Source: a virus
Lineage: Duplodnaviria > Caudoviricetes
DNA length: 35,440 nt
IMG/VR virus record: IMGVR_UViG_3300037704_000270
Span: 1-35,440 of that record
Strand: one strand, 5' to 3'
Under the pieces are notes generated by a model. It searched no databases. It had not been told where the DNA came from and worked only from the letters and a program-made list of their open reading frames with translations. The position numbers were made by a program, and so were the translations under genes. Positions within the stretch are counted from its first letter, which is position 1; each line of letters begins with the position of its first letter. Shown here in pieces: positions 35,024 to 35,440 of the stretch.

Positions 35024-35178
35024 TGTGTAAAAGCGTCACATTTGATCTGGAGCCAGCATTGCCGCGTGGCCAGCCGTTAATTTGGGGGGCGCACTCCTGC
35101 GCCATTAACGCCGTTTGTTTGATTGAGCGGTGTGCAAAAACGTTTGCAAATCTGCGCAAAATCGGGCGCGTCCGTACA
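35024..35178 (+). repeat. Probable right end (attR) with transposase-binding repeats
   Basis: TGTGTAAAAGCG (35024), TGTGCAAAAACG (35131), TGCGCAAAATCG (35153; 22-bp period with the previous site), then terminal ...TACA at 35178. Confidence 0.7.
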
Positions 35179-35440
35179 GGAGACAGAGCGCTTTGAGGCC
35201 GAGCAACGCTTTCGTGGCGCACTCGATGCCGCACTCGGCGGTGCCGGTCTGGTGCTGCCCACCTACACGGCTTTTCTGCAGATCGCGGGTGTTTATGGCG
35301 ACGCGCCGGACCTGGATGCCTTGAGCACGGCCGAAAGGGAAGTGTTTGAGCAGTGGCAAGCGGCCGAGGCTGCCGCCATGACGGCCGCCTTCGGGCCCCA
35401 TCGCTATTTGGACGAGCCACGCTTTGAGATCGGACTGTGA
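35179..35440 (+). pseudogene. 3' part of a host hypothetical gene interrupted by the prophage
   Basis: Protein-like reading ETERFEAEQRFRGALDAALGG...FEIGL* begins right at the junction with no start codon there. Confidence 0.55.

Larger units (their letters stand above)
1..35178 (+). mobile_element. Mu-like transposable prophage with siphovirus-type tail; left end outside the window
   Basis: Repressor/ner, DDE transposase, AAA ATPase, GemA, Mor, Mu-type portal, gpF, gpG, gpI and gp36 in Mu-like order; ends in repeated sites followed by CA. Confidence 0.95.

Noticed and set aside
1-35440. CRISPR array, tRNA or rRNA genes
   Set aside because: No regularly spaced repeats or canonical tRNA/rRNA features seen by eye.

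Overview
The window is almost entirely one Mu-like transposable prophage with a non-contractile (siphovirus-type) tail, in GC-rich DNA. It runs from inside the repressor gene (the left end lies outside the window) to a probable right end at ...CGTACA (35178). The 3' part of an apparently interrupted host gene follows. Gene order: repressor and ner-like switch, MuA transposase, an inserted 1.3 kb block, MuB-like ATPase, early genes (GemA, Mor, DUF3164), a c4-type antisense RNA plus Bro-N antirepressor cassette, lysis (holin, transglycosylase, Rz/Rz1), head genes, tail genes, a 2079-aa tape measure protein and a tail fibre. Three signals stand out. (1) A dispersed SCGTTAAY motif: 37 CGTTAA/TTAACG hits counted by eye, often built from rare TTA codons, with pairs at the genome centre and right end. 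(2) A MarR-like winged-helix gene nested in the +1 frame inside the transposase. (3) A MuF protein with a BECR-type nuclease-like tail, no immunity ORF, and a structured RNA-like element directly after it. Family assignments come from motif recognition and synteny; no database searches were run.
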